Assembly: GCA_902605165.1 (NCBI GenBank)
Contig: CACLBJ010000002.1
Span: 100,269 to 164,268 of the forward strand
Length of the DNA stretch: 64,000 nt
Direction: 5' to 3'
Source: an uncultured SAR86 cluster bacterium
GTDB lineage: Bacteria > Pseudomonadota > Gammaproteobacteria > Magnimaribacterales > D2472
The notes under the pieces are model-generated. The model ran no database searches. It worked only from the letters and a program-made list of their open reading frames with translations, and was not told where the DNA came from. Positions within the stretch are counted from its first letter, which is position 1. Every line of letters starts with the position of its first letter. The position numbers were made by a program, and so were the translations under genes. Below, piece by piece: positions 10,139 through 20,007 of the stretch.

Positions 10139-10226
10139 AATAACTATAACAATATGGTGCTTTTCTGCACTTGCTCTGAAGTTTTTACCACTTCTTATTA
10201 GCTTAATTTAATATTTATATATAGAT

Positions 10227-10679
10227 ATGGCCAAGATTACGCATAAAGGAATGTGGATAGAGCTTAAGTCTCTAGATAAAGAAGCAAAAAGCAAATACAT
10301 ACTTTGTAATATCTTTCTCTTTGCAGGGGCTCTTCTTTTTGGTGTTCATCTTGCAGCAGTGGGTGGACTAGGTATTGAAGTATCGAACGAAGTTTCGCCA
10401 TCTCCAGCCTTAGTTGTCGTAAGAGTTCTCTCATTAACTTTTATGTTAATAGCAGCATGGCTATACAAAGAATTTTTTGCAACACAAGATGAATTCCTTA
10501 ACAGATATAATGAATTTGTTCTTAGTAATGGGGCTATCGGTTTTCTTTTTGTTGGTTTTCTTATTTCTATTCTGTCTCCGTATATTGATTATCAAGTAAC
10601 TTTTTATGAGTATTTTCTTGGTTTTGCCCTTGGAACAATTATTGGCGGATATAGATTTCATAATAAATTTATTGGTTAA
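10227..10679 (+). CDS. Integral membrane protein of unknown function (4 TM)
   Basis: 150 aa with four hydrophobic helices. Its stop overlaps the start of the downstream HTH gene (TAATG). Confidence 0.55.
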   Translation: MAKITHKGMWIELKSLDKEAKSKYILCNIFLFAGALLFGVHLAAVGGLGIEVSNEVSPSPALVVVRVLSLTFMLIAAWLYKEFFATQDEFLNRYNEFVLSNGAIGFLFVGFLISILSPYIDYQVTFYEYFLGFALGTIIGGYRFHNKFIG

Positions 10680-10882
10680 TGGATAATTCGATCAAACAAT
10701 TAAGAGAACAAATGGGTTTAAGTCAGGCAGATTTAGGGAATTCTGTTGATGTTAGTAGGCAAACAATTAATTCAATCGAAAATGGTAAATTTGATCCAAG
10801 TTTACCTTTGGCACTTAAGTTAGGTAAATTCTTTAACACACCTGTTGAGCAAATTTTTTTGACAGGTAACTTTAATAAATAG
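10679..10882 (+). CDS. XRE/Cro-C1-family helix-turn-helix transcriptional regulator (short, 67 aa)
   Basis: LREQMGLSQADLGNSVDVSRQTINSIENGKFDPSLPLALKLGKFF is the classic HTH_3 pattern of the short YozG-like regulators. Confidence 0.85.
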   Translation: MDNSIKQLREQMGLSQADLGNSVDVSRQTINSIENGKFDPSLPLALKLGKFFNTPVEQIFLTGNFNK

Positions 10883-10890
10883 GAAATATT

Positions 10891-12735
10891 ATGGAAAAAG
10901 CTAAAAGCATAATGGCGTTTGTGGACAATCTTCTAGGGAAATTTAGAAGAGTGTTTGTAAATATTCTTACAGTTCTTCTTTTAATGCTCATCACTTTAGG
11001 CATATTTGGAAGTTTAGATTCATTATTCCAGTCTGATGAAATAGAAACAAAAGATCAAATCCTCTATCTAGAGCCTAATGGAGTAATTGTAGATAAAGCA
11101 ATAAGCAGAAATGATCCATTTGAAGAATTTGAAATTTTTGGAAGCTCTGCCAACCAGATTGAGTTAGAAAATATCCTTAAAGTAATTAACAATGCTGGGA
11201 CTGATGATAATCTCAAAGCTATTTATCTTGATGTTGATGGCTTGAGAGCTTATTACACTTCTGCATTGAAAATAGCTGATGCTCTCTTTGAAGCAAGGGA
11301 AAATGGTAAAGAAATAATTGCTTTTACTAGCGGCTTAGGAACTACTAATTATCTTATAGCCTCTCAAGCAAATGAGGTAATTCTTGAAAAAGATGCATAT
11401 GGATCAGTTACTCCTTTTGGATTTAGCAGAGTAAGACAATATCAAAAAGATTTTTTTGAAAATATTAAAGTTGATATGAATGTCTATGCAGCTGGTGATT
11501 TTAAATCAGGCCCTGAAGGTTATACCAGAAATAATATGTCAGAAACTGATAAGTTGGCTTGGGAAGAATTTGTGACGCCAGTTTGGGAAAAATATAAGAC
11601 TAAAATCGAAGCTGCAAGAGGTTTTGAATCTGGAAAGATTCAATATATTGGAGATAATTATCACTTGCTAGCTTCAGAGAATGGTGGCGATGATAATGAA
11701 ACTGCTCTATCAGTTGGCTTAGTTGATAAATTAATGACAAAACAAGAGATTAGAAACTATATGATTGAAAAGTTTGGCAGTGATGATGATTATGAGTGGC
11801 CTGAGGGAATAACTGGCAGAGAGTATCTTTCAACTCTGGAAGACGAAAAAATTAGTAAAAAACAACAAAGAGCACAGGATAAAAATAAGATTGCTGTTAT
11901 CCATGTCGAGGGAGCAATTGTTACAGGTGGAATAGACTTCAATACCGCTGGTTCAGGAGGTATCGTTAAAAATATTAATAAAGCCAGAGATGATAAAAAT
12001 GTAAAAGGAATTATCTTAAGAGTTAATAGCCCTGGCGGAGATGTTTATGCTTCTTCGATGATTACAAATGCTTTAGAAGAATTTCAATCTACTGGAAGGC
12101 CTGTATTTACATCTATGGGTGACATTGCTGCATCAGGCGGTGTTTGGGTAACAACAACTTCAGAGGAGATATGGGCTGAAGATACCACTCTTACTGGCTC
12201 AATTGGAGTATATAGTATTGTTCCTGATGTAAGCCCCCTTGAGAATTGGGCTGGCATCAACTATGACGGCGTGAGCATGACAAAGGCCGGTGATATTTAT
12301 GATTTAAGTAGAGGAATGAATGAAGAGCTTAATAAGCAATTCAGGGAAAATACTGAGAACTTCTATAAAGAATTTGTTTCAAAAGTTGCCGATAATAGAG
12401 ATATGGAATATTCAGAAGTTCTTAAGTTTGCGGGTGGAAGAATATGGCGAGGCGATACTGCTCTTGAACTAGGTTTAGTCGATAAATTGGGCTCACTAGA
12501 TGATGCAATTGACTCTATGGTGACAAAACTTGAATTAGAGGACTATAAAGTATTTTCTTACAACACTGAAGTTGAGTTTGAGTTCGATTTTAATTTACTA
12601 ATTCAAAATAAACTCCCCTCTCAGATTCAGGATTTATTAAATGAAATTAGTGGTCTTAATAGGATGCTTTTATCAGATGAAGATAGATATGTGGTGGCCT
12701 ATTGTTTTGATTGTGGCTTTAAGAATTTCGAATAA
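10891..12735 (+). CDS. sppA: Signal peptide peptidase SppA, 67K type
   Basis: 614 aa. N-terminal TM and two ClpP/crotonase-like repeats, with motifs VNSPGGDVYAS, DIAASGGVW and TGSIGV. Confidence 0.88.
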   Translation: MEKAKSIMAFVDNLLGKFRRVFVNILTVLLLMLITLGIFGSLDSLFQSDEIETKDQILYLEPNGVIVDKAISRNDPFEEFEIFGSSANQIELENILKVINNAGTDDNLKAIYLDVDGLRAYYTSALKIADALFEARENGKEIIAFTSGLGTTNYLIASQANEVILEKDAYGSVTPFGFSRVRQYQKDFFENIKVDMNVYAAGDFKSGPEGYTRNNMSETDKLAWEEFVTPVWEKYKTKIEAARGFESGKIQYIGDNYHLLASENGGDDNETALSVGLVDKLMTKQEIRNYMIEKFGSDDDYEWPEGITGREYLSTLEDEKISKKQQRAQDKNKIAVIHVEGAIVTGGIDFNTAGSGGIVKNINKARDDKNVKGIILRVNSPGGDVYASSMITNALEEFQSTGRPVFTSMGDIAASGGVWVTTTSEEIWAEDTTLTGSIGVYSIVPDVSPLENWAGINYDGVSMTKAGDIYDLSRGMNEELNKQFRENTENFYKEFVSKVADNRDMEYSEVLKFAGGRIWRGDTALELGLVDKLGSLDDAIDSMVTKLELEDYKVFSYNTEVEFEFDFNLLIQNKLPSQIQDLLNEISGLNRMLLSDEDRYVVAYCFDCGFKNFE

Positions 12736-13417
12736 CTTCTTTTATAAGATTTAGACCTATAGATTTTTTTCTTTCTAGGGACTCTTTCTCAAGCTGAGAT
12801 AGAGTCCTGAATATAGTTTTAATATCTCTTCTAGAATTATTCATAAGATAATTCAAATTTTTATCAGAAATTTTTATGTTAAGATTTTTAGAGATTGCTT
12901 GGGTGGCTTCTAACAGCTCATCATCATTGATAGCCTTCAATCTTAATATTTCCATTTTTTTTATCCTAGAGACAAGATCAGGAATTGCTTCAAGCTTATT
13001 AATGCTGCCTGATAATAAAAGAAGGCACTCTTTTTCATAGCATTCATTAATGAGATTAAAAAGCGCAATCTCCCAATCTCTTCGTTTATTTATGAGATCT
13101 ATATCATCAATACAAATTAAATTAAGTTCACTTACACCTTCAAGTATAGATGGATCAAGGTTTATTGCTTCTTGCATAGGGATATAAATTGATGAATTAT
13201 TAGAATTAGAAAAATCATTGCATATAGCCTGAAGCAAGTAACTTTTTCCATTACTACCTAGATCGTCTATAAATATCTGAACCCCTTTATCGGAGCTGAG
13301 TAGAATATTTTGAAGGATTTGAATAGTTTTATTGTTTTTTTTTGAGACAAAGAAATTATTTAAAGATGCTCTCTCGTTAATTTGAATTTGCAGAGCAAGT
13401 TGGCGAGGATTAGACAT
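12719..13417 (-). CDS. hda: DnaA regulatory inactivator Hda
   Basis: 232 aa. Short AAA+ DnaA-like domain (GSNGKSYLLQA, ICIDDIDL). It sits in the hda-purMN neighbourhood conserved in gammaproteobacteria. Confidence 0.75.
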   Translation of the reverse strand: MSNPRQLALQIQINERASLNNFFVSKKNNKTIQILQNILLSSDKGVQIFIDDLGSNGKSYLLQAICNDFSNSNNSSIYIPMQEAINLDPSILEGVSELNLICIDDIDLINKRRDWEIALFNLINECYEKECLLLLSGSINKLEAIPDLVSRIKKMEILRLKAINDDELLEATQAISKNLNIKISDKNLNYLMNNSRRDIKTIFRTLSQLEKESLERKKSIGLNLIKEVIRNS

Positions 13418-13958
13418 TTTGTTTTATGAAATTATTATTAAGCCACCATCTAAAATAACTTATAAGACTAAGTAATGAAATAAAACCAATTAAAATATGG
13501 AAAATCTGTATATTTATAACCACATTAAAGATTGCAAAAGTTATCAAAACTAAAATATAAATTATTTGAGAGGTTGTAGTTATCTTACCAATTAAATTTG
13601 GAGATGGAGTTTTTTCGGTAATTGACATCTCAAATGCTGCTCCAAGCAGAATAAGTAGGTCTCTAAAAACAAAAATTACAAAGACTGAAAGAGGTACAAT
13701 TTGATTTAACCAAAGCGCAGTTATTGAACCAATCATAAGAAGCTTGTCAGCAACTGGGTCCAAGATTTTTCCTAAATCTGTTTGCCATTTGAAAAATCTA
13801 GCTAGAAAACCATCAACTGCATCTGAAACTGATGCAATAGCAAATAAAATCAATGCAAAAATATATTTCCCAGCGAGGAGATTTAGAACTGTTGGAATAA
13901 CTAAAGATATTCTTATTAAAGAAATAAGGTTAGGTATAAATCTTAAATAATGCTTCAT
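13410..13958 (-). CDS. CDP-alcohol phosphatidyltransferase family protein (PgsA-like)
   Basis: 182 aa. DAVDGFLAR...G...DPVADK matches the D(x)2DG(x)2AR...G(x)3D(x)3D motif. Length and topology are like PgsA. Confidence 0.75.
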   Translation of the reverse strand: MKHYLRFIPNLISLIRISLVIPTVLNLLAGKYIFALILFAIASVSDAVDGFLARFFKWQTDLGKILDPVADKLLMIGSITALWLNQIVPLSVFVIFVFRDLLILLGAAFEMSITEKTPSPNLIGKITTTSQIIYILVLITFAIFNVVINIQIFHILIGFISLLSLISYFRWWLNNNFIKQNV

Positions 13959-14950
13959 ATAGAATTTAATGATGCCTGAATTAGTTTTGTCGCAGAGCTT
14001 TCAAGTGAAAAATCTTTATGTGTTTGAACAGATTTCATGAATTGATCTTCTGTACCAAATATTGTTAAAGAAAAGGATATTTCGTTCTGCTGAAATGATT
14101 TAATTGAGTATTCTTTAATTGAGATCATTTTATCAAGAGCATCTAAAAGATTATCTAAATGTTCAGCTGAGGAAACTTTAGTAACCTTCATCATTAACTT
14201 CCTTTCTGAGCTATCCAAAATAAAGTTACTAAGGTAGTCTGTAGATAAATCCTCAAATAAAAGTCTAATCTTTTCAATAATTTCATTAGAATCTTTAAAA
14301 AATGATATTTGATCTTTATAGCTCATCGACCAATTATTGATTCCTGATCTTGAAATAATAAATGACTCAAAATAATCATACTTATATTGCTCGAATTCAT
14401 TATCATCCTTGATCTCAAAAAAATAATCTTTTTTTTCAAGGTTTATTGTGTTTTGAGGGAATTCAAAAAATAGTCCGCGTTTTTCTGAAATATCATTAAA
14501 AATTTCTTGTATTGAAGACTCTAGTCTTGTCTCGTAAGGCACTGACTCAATTTTAAAGGGTTTATTGAAGCCATTATCAATTTGGATATCTAAAAAAATA
14601 ATTGGTCTATTTCTTCCAATAAATCTAATACTACTATCAACAAATTGACTCATTACAATATCCTCTTCAAAAGAAGCTTGAAGAAAATTTCTTTCGTTAT
14701 TTCTTACAACGGCATATCTCCTCAGAAAATCTTTTGAGTTGAAGTTTCCTCTAATCATTTTTGCTTTTTCAAAGTCTTCATAACCTATGAGTCTAAAAAC
14801 AAGGTTATTAAATGCTTCATCAATGGATTTATCTATAGACTCATCTTTAATTTCTATAGTAATTTTAAAAAGATCATCAAAATCCTTTGCAAAAATCTGA
14901 TTAGAAAAGATAATGATTAAGAAAATACTTTTTACGATGGCCATCTTCAT
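13955..14950 (-). CDS. Secreted protein, DUF2066-like
   Basis: 331 aa with a signal peptide. Its position divergent from purM matches the DUF2066 gene of Pseudomonas-type loci. The call rests on synteny. Confidence 0.5.
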   Translation of the reverse strand: MKMAIVKSIFLIIIFSNQIFAKDFDDLFKITIEIKDESIDKSIDEAFNNLVFRLIGYEDFEKAKMIRGNFNSKDFLRRYAVVRNNERNFLQASFEEDIVMSQFVDSSIRFIGRNRPIIFLDIQIDNGFNKPFKIESVPYETRLESSIQEIFNDISEKRGLFFEFPQNTINLEKKDYFFEIKDDNEFEQYKYDYFESFIISRSGINNWSMSYKDQISFFKDSNEIIEKIRLLFEDLSTDYLSNFILDSSERKLMMKVTKVSSAEHLDNLLDALDKMISIKEYSIKSFQQNEISFSLTIFGTEDQFMKSVQTHKDFSLESSATKLIQASLNSI

Positions 14951-14978
14951 ATAATTATTTTAAGGTACTAGAGCAATA

Positions 14979-15992
14979 ATGAAAAATGATCCCTACAAGA
15001 AAGCAGGCGTTGATATAAAAGCAGGAAATGATTTAGTCGACAAAATCAAAAAAGATGTAGCGGGTACTTTCGATAAAAACGTTTTGGGCGGAATTGGAAG
15101 CTTTTCAGGTTTTTATTCTCTCCCTAAAGGTTTTAAGAATCCAGTTCTTGTTGCTTGTACAGATGGAGTGGGCACTAAAGTCGCCTTGGCCCAAAAGAAC
15201 TCTTCACTGGGAACAATTGGACAAGACTTAGTTGCAATGTGTGTAAATGACATGATTACTTCTGGGGCGCATCCACTATTCTTTCTTGATTATTTTGCAT
15301 CCTCAAAACTAGATGTTAATGAAACAGCAACAGTCATAAAAGGGATTGCAAAAGCATGTAAAAAAACAAATTGTTCACTTATTGGTGGCGAGACTGCTGA
15401 AATGCCAAATCACTATATCGGTAAGAATTTTGATTTAGCTGGATTTTCAGTAGGTATTGTTGAAAAAAAGTTAATTATTGACTCCTCAAAAGTAAGAAAA
15501 AATAACATCATAATTGGGATTGAATCTAGCGGAGCTCACTCTAATGGTTACTCATTGATCAATAAATTAATTAAGGAATCAAAACTAAGTAAGAGTGAAA
15601 AAGAGAGATTAGTTAAGCTTGCTTTAAAGCCTACTCATTTATATACAAATGTAATTTTGGATTTAATAAAAAAAGTTAAAGTTAGGTCAATTGCTAATAT
15701 TACTGGAGGTGGTCTTACAGAAAATATTCCTAGATCAATTCCTAATACCTTATCCTCTGAAATATATTTAAATAACTGGAAAATGCCACCATTCTTTTCA
15801 AACCTTCGAAAATTAGGAAAGATTCAAAAAAGTGATATGTTGAGAATATTTAATTGTGGAATTGGAATGACTTTAGTTATTGAGCCTAAGGATTTAGATT
15901 CCACTATGGAGGTGCTCTCCAAGCATAAATTTAAAGGGTACATGATTGGAAGAGTTATAAATAAATCATCATCAGCAATAACTTTTCTTTAA
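14979..15992 (+). CDS. purM: Phosphoribosylformylglycinamidine cyclo-ligase (AIR synthetase)
   Basis: 337 aa. YKKAGVDI, DGVGTK, DLVAMCVNDM, GGETAEMP and SSGAHSNGYSL. Confidence 0.95.
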   Translation: MKNDPYKKAGVDIKAGNDLVDKIKKDVAGTFDKNVLGGIGSFSGFYSLPKGFKNPVLVACTDGVGTKVALAQKNSSLGTIGQDLVAMCVNDMITSGAHPLFFLDYFASSKLDVNETATVIKGIAKACKKTNCSLIGGETAEMPNHYIGKNFDLAGFSVGIVEKKLIIDSSKVRKNNIIIGIESSGAHSNGYSLINKLIKESKLSKSEKERLVKLALKPTHLYTNVILDLIKKVKVRSIANITGGGLTENIPRSIPNTLSSEIYLNNWKMPPFFSNLRKLGKIQKSDMLRIFNCGIGMTLVIEPKDLDSTMEVLSKHKFKGYMIGRVINKSSSAITFL

Positions 15993-16597
15993 TGTTCAAA
16001 ATAGCTGTTTTAATCTCAGGAAATGGATCAAATCTTGAAGCTCTTATTGATGCTTGCAAAAAGAATCTTATCAATGGATCGGTTGAAATCATAATTAGCA
16101 ATAATCCAGATGCATATGGTATTGAAAGAGCAAAAAATCATTTTATAAATTATAAGATCATTGATAACAATAGATTTCACACTAGAGAAGATTTTGATCG
16201 AGCTCTTGCAGAAGAATTACAAGATTCTAATCCCGATTTGATTGTCCTTGCAGGATTTATGAGAATACTGACTCCTGTAATGATCGAAGCCTTCAAGAAT
16301 AAGATTATAAATATACACCCATCTTTATTACCAAAATATCCTGGTCTGGATACTCATAATTCAGTTATAAAAAATGGAGATTTAAAACATGGTGTAACAA
16401 TCCATTATGTAAATGAAGTTTTAGATGGTGGTCAAATTATTGCTCAAGGAGAAATATCCGTGAATGCAAATGAAACATCGGAAGAACTTGAGACAAGAAT
16501 TCACGCAATAGAACATGTTATGCTTCCGATGGTAGTCTCAAAGTTTGCTGATGGAACAATTAATGCAGAAAAAATTATCTATGAAAAATTTAAATAA
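15992..16597 (+). CDS. purN: Phosphoribosylglycinamide formyltransferase
   Basis: 201 aa. VLISGNGSNLEAL, LAGFMRIL, INIHPSLLP and HGVTIHYV. The start overlaps the purM stop. Confidence 0.93.
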   Translation: MFKIAVLISGNGSNLEALIDACKKNLINGSVEIIISNNPDAYGIERAKNHFINYKIIDNNRFHTREDFDRALAEELQDSNPDLIVLAGFMRILTPVMIEAFKNKIINIHPSLLPKYPGLDTHNSVIKNGDLKHGVTIHYVNEVLDGGQIIAQGEISVNANETSEELETRIHAIEHVMLPMVVSKFADGTINAEKIIYEKFK

Positions 16598-17282
16598 ATA
16601 CTTTCTATCTATTATATTTCTAAGCTTAGTAACTTTTCTTTCAGCAAGTGAAAATATTTATGAGTATAAGATTAGGTTCAAAATAAAGAATGTAATCTCA
16701 CTTGATGGAATTAAAGAGCTTACTAGCAAAGGTAATGATACTTATAACATTGTCTTTACTGGTAAAAATAGAATGCTAAATGCAGAGCTCAATCAGGAAG
16801 CAGAGTTTAAGTATCTTAATTCAAAGGTCTTTCCTAAATATTACTCTCAAAAAATAAAAGTTCCTCTAAGAGGAGTATTGAAGCAGACCATTGAATATGA
16901 CTTTAAAAACCAAAAAATTGCATCAACTGGAGATGTAAACTGGGTCATAGACTTTTTAGGCGAATCAACTCCACTTGATCCCGTTTCTAGTGGCTTCCAA
17001 ATTAGAGAAAATGTTAAGAAAGGTCTCACTAATTTTGATATAAATCTAATTAAGCTCGATGAGGGTCTAATTTATAAAAGTTCTTACTCAGTCGTTGGAG
17101 AGGAAGTTCTTGAGATTAAGGATACCAAGTACCCTTGCATTGTTCTTGAAAGGGTAGCCAATGAGAGAAAAACTCTTTACTACGTTGCAAAAACCTTGGA
17201 TTTTATTTTAATTAAAGTAGAAGATGAAAGAAAAGAGAGAATGCTTTCAATCGAAGCAGAAAAAATACTAAGTTTTGGGTAG
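16581..17282 (+). CDS. DUF3108-like secreted protein
   Basis: The start is set at [16 protein letters not shown] (signal peptide). Its position downstream of purN matches the DUF3108 gene in related gammaproteobacterial loci. Confidence 0.5.
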   Translation: MKNLNKYFLSIIFLSLVTFLSASENIYEYKIRFKIKNVISLDGIKELTSKGNDTYNIVFTGKNRMLNAELNQEAEFKYLNSKVFPKYYSQKIKVPLRGVLKQTIEYDFKNQKIASTGDVNWVIDFLGESTPLDPVSSGFQIRENVKKGLTNFDINLIKLDEGLIYKSSYSVVGEEVLEIKDTKYPCIVLERVANERKTLYYVAKTLDFILIKVEDERKERMLSIEAEKILSFG

Positions 17283-17837
17283 CGTCACACCGGTTTGGCC
17301 CTGATATTTTCCATCTCTGTCCTTATAGCTTACCTCGCATTGCTCATCTGATTGATGAAATATCATTTGAGCTACGCCCTCACCTGCATATATTTTAGCT
17401 GGCAAATTGCTTGTGTTTGAAAACTCAAGAGTGACATGACCTTCCCACTCAGGCTCAAGGGGAGTAACATTTACTATAATTCCACATCTTGCATAAGTTG
17501 ATTTGCCAAGACAGATAGTTAGCACATCTCTGGGTATCCTGAAATACTCTACCGTTCTTGCCAAAGCAAAAGAGTTGGGGGGTATTACACATACATCTGA
17601 GTTAATATCTACAAAGCTTTTTTCATCAAATGATTTAGGATCAACTATCGCAGAATGAATGTTAGTAAACACTTTAAATTCATTTGCACATCTAACATCA
17701 TATCCATAGCTTGAAAGACCGTATGATATAAGTCTTGAGTTATCATCAGAATACCTTATCTGGTCCTCTTGAAATGGCTCAATCATGCCATGCTCAACTG
17801 CCATTTTCCTTATCCACTTATCTGATTTAATCGTCAT
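17268..17837 (-). CDS. dcd: dCTP deaminase
   Basis: 189 aa. SDKWI..., [13 protein letters not shown] and GHVTLEFSN motifs. Confidence 0.93.
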   Translation of the reverse strand: MTIKSDKWIRKMAVEHGMIEPFQEDQIRYSDDNSRLISYGLSSYGYDVRCANEFKVFTNIHSAIVDPKSFDEKSFVDINSDVCVIPPNSFALARTVEYFRIPRDVLTICLGKSTYARCGIIVNVTPLEPEWEGHVTLEFSNTSNLPAKIYAGEGVAQMIFHQSDEQCEVSYKDRDGKYQGQTGVTLPKT

Positions 17838-18423
17838 TTATTTCAACCCTTCCAATGATTGATCTAGCTATTGTATTACTATCAACATACTCTAACTCTC
17901 CTCCGATTGGAATACCATAGGAGATTCTTGAAACCTTAATATTCTCAACATGATCCTTGATAAATATCGCAGTTGCATCGCCCTCAACAGTAGAGCTTAG
18001 CGCAAGAATTATCTCTTTTATGTCTTCTTTATCAATCCTCTCTAAAAGTTGAGGTATTCCTAGATCATCTGGACCTAAGTTATCAAGTGGTGAGAGCCTG
18101 CCCATTAAGACATAGTATTTTCCTTTATAACCACCAGTAGATTCTATCGCTAAAAGATCAGATGGACTTTCAACCACGCATATAGATTGTGAATCTCTTG
18201 TCTCATCCTGGCAGACATGACATAAATCATTTGTTGTTAACATTCTGCATGACTTGCATCTTTGAATATTGTCGAGCGCATCACTCAGAGAGCTAGATAT
18301 CTCTCTGGCACCGCTTTTATTTTTGTCAAGAAGATATAAAGCCATTCTTTGTGCAGATTTCTTTCCAACGCCAGGAAGAATTGTTAATGCTTTTATTAAT
18401 TTATCTAATAAATCGGAACTCAT
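17827..18423 (-). CDS. recR: Recombination protein RecR
   Basis: 198 aa. [13 protein letters not shown] helix-hairpin-helix, a C4 zinc finger (CKSC...CHVC) and a Toprim domain. Confidence 0.93.
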   Translation of the reverse strand: MSSDLLDKLIKALTILPGVGKKSAQRMALYLLDKNKSGAREISSSLSDALDNIQRCKSCRMLTTNDLCHVCQDETRDSQSICVVESPSDLLAIESTGGYKGKYYVLMGRLSPLDNLGPDDLGIPQLLERIDKEDIKEIILALSSTVEGDATAIFIKDHVENIKVSRISYGIPIGGELEYVDSNTIARSIIGRVEINDD

Positions 18424-18425
18424 TT

Positions 18426-19985
18426 TTAATTCTTTATTTTAGTTACAACCTCGATTTCTCCATCAAACTCATCTAGAAAGTTTTTAATTTCAGAATCATT
18501 TGAGAGTTCATTTTTTGTGTTTTCAATATCTTTAATTTTATTTTCTTCATTGATTTTATTTGGAGAAGATGAAGAAATACCCTCTTCCAGAAAAACCTCA
18601 ATCTTACCAAATTTCTCTTTAACCTTTCCCTCAAACTCACTAATTATTTTTTCAGGAATATCAAGTTGATCTTTTGATCCACATAAGAATAATTTTTGGT
18701 CATTAAATCTTCCAAATGAAAGATTACCAAAATAATTCTTAGCAAAAGATGAAAGCTGCATATTGTTGAATAAATCAGGCCAAGATGAGGAGTTTATTTC
18801 ATGACTTTCTTGAGCAATTTCATTTATCAAACTTTTTTCTTTTTTTGCGCTCTTTATTGGGGCTTTATTAGTCTTTTTTTTTTGAGTTTTGACTTCGCCA
18901 GTATTCATGTTTTGAACAGGCTGAAAAGCTAACATTCTTAATAAACACATCTCCACTGCTTCTCTTGGTGATGGGTGAGTATGAATCTTTTGGAAAGAGT
19001 TAAGGCCAATTTCATATATGAGCTGGCAATACTGTTCATCCATTTTAGATGCTATTTTGGCAACGGGTTCTTTGTTTGAGTTTTTAAGAACTTGGTGCAA
19101 AGAAACTTCATGGATATTTGAAATTAAATCTTTTAAAAGAGCTTCATAATCTGGGTTAAGTTTTTCAATATTATTTAAGGTTTTAAATGCATCTTCTTTT
19201 CTTCCATCAGTTATAGAATCGAGTAACTCATAAATTAAACTATCATCAATTGTGCCTAAAAGTTTTTTTACATCATCAGCAACTAACTTTCCATTACCAT
19301 GAGCAATAGCCTGATCAAGAAGAGTTAAGCCATCTCTAACTGATCCTTCAGCAGACTTTGCAACCAAGGATAAAGACTCATCATCTGAATTAATTCCTTC
19401 TTTTTCACAAATTTTTCTGAAATGTTCTTGAAGATTATTTCGAGATACAGTTTTAAGATTTAACTGAAGGCATCTAGAAATTACTGTTTTAGGAACTTTT
19501 TCAGGATCCGTAGTAGCCATAAGAAAGATGACATGACTTGGAGGCTCCTCAAGCGTTTTTAAAAGAGCGTTAAAGCTTCCTTTAGATAACATATGAACCT
19601 CATCGATTAAAAAGATTTTAAATCTTGAAACGCTTGGTGATGTATGAACAGACGAGAGAAGTTCTCTCATATGCTCGACTCCAGTCCTTGAAGCTGCATC
19701 GATCTCCAGAAAATCAATACTTTTTCCCTCTTGAATAGATATGGATGATTCACATTTATTGCATGGCTGTGAAGTTGGAGCATCAGATGACATGCAGTTG
19801 AGACACTTTGCAAGGAGTCTTGCAATTGTTGTCTTACCTACTCCTCTAGTTCCACTAAAAAGGAAGGCTTGATGCACTCTTTCTTGCTCAATACTATTCT
19901 TAATTACTTGAACAACATGGTCCTGACCAATTACTTCATCAAAGGAATTAGGTCTATATTTTCTTGCAAGAACTTGATAAGACAT
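18426..19985 (-). CDS. dnaX: DNA polymerase III subunits tau/gamma
   Basis: MSYQVLARKYRP..., GTRGVGKTT Walker A, a Zn module (CLNC...C..C), IDEVHML and SRC. The start is chosen by similarity to the E. coli N-terminus. Confidence 0.93.
   Translation of the reverse strand: MSYQVLARKYRPNSFDEVIGQDHVVQVIKNSIEQERVHQAFLFSGTRGVGKTTIARLLAKCLNCMSSDAPTSQPCNKCESSISIQEGKSIDFLEIDAASRTGVEHMRELLSSVHTSPSVSRFKIFLIDEVHMLSKGSFNALLKTLEEPPSHVIFLMATTDPEKVPKTVISRCLQLNLKTVSRNNLQEHFRKICEKEGINSDDESLSLVAKSAEGSVRDGLTLLDQAIAHGNGKLVADDVKKLLGTIDDSLIYELLDSITDGRKEDAFKTLNNIEKLNPDYEALLKDLISNIHEVSLHQVLKNSNKEPVAKIASKMDEQYCQLIYEIGLNSFQKIHTHPSPREAVEMCLLRMLAFQPVQNMNTGEVKTQKKKTNKAPIKSAKKEKSLINEIAQESHEINSSSWPDLFNNMQLSSFAKNYFGNLSFGRFNDQKLFLCGSKDQLDIPEKIISEFEGKVKEKFGKIEVFLEEGISSSSPNKINEENKIKDIENTKNELSNDSEIKNFLDEFDGEIEVVTKIKN
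18874..18883 (-). other. A10 slippery run inside dnaX (candidate -1 frameshift / transcriptional slippage site)
   Basis: The mRNA reads ACU CAA AAA AAA AAG ACU AAU AAA and contains A AAA AAG. The -1 frame reads AAA AAA AAA GAC UAA, so it stops after one codon. Confidence 0.5.
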
Positions 19986-20007
19986 AAGTACCAAATAATA
20001 ACATGTA

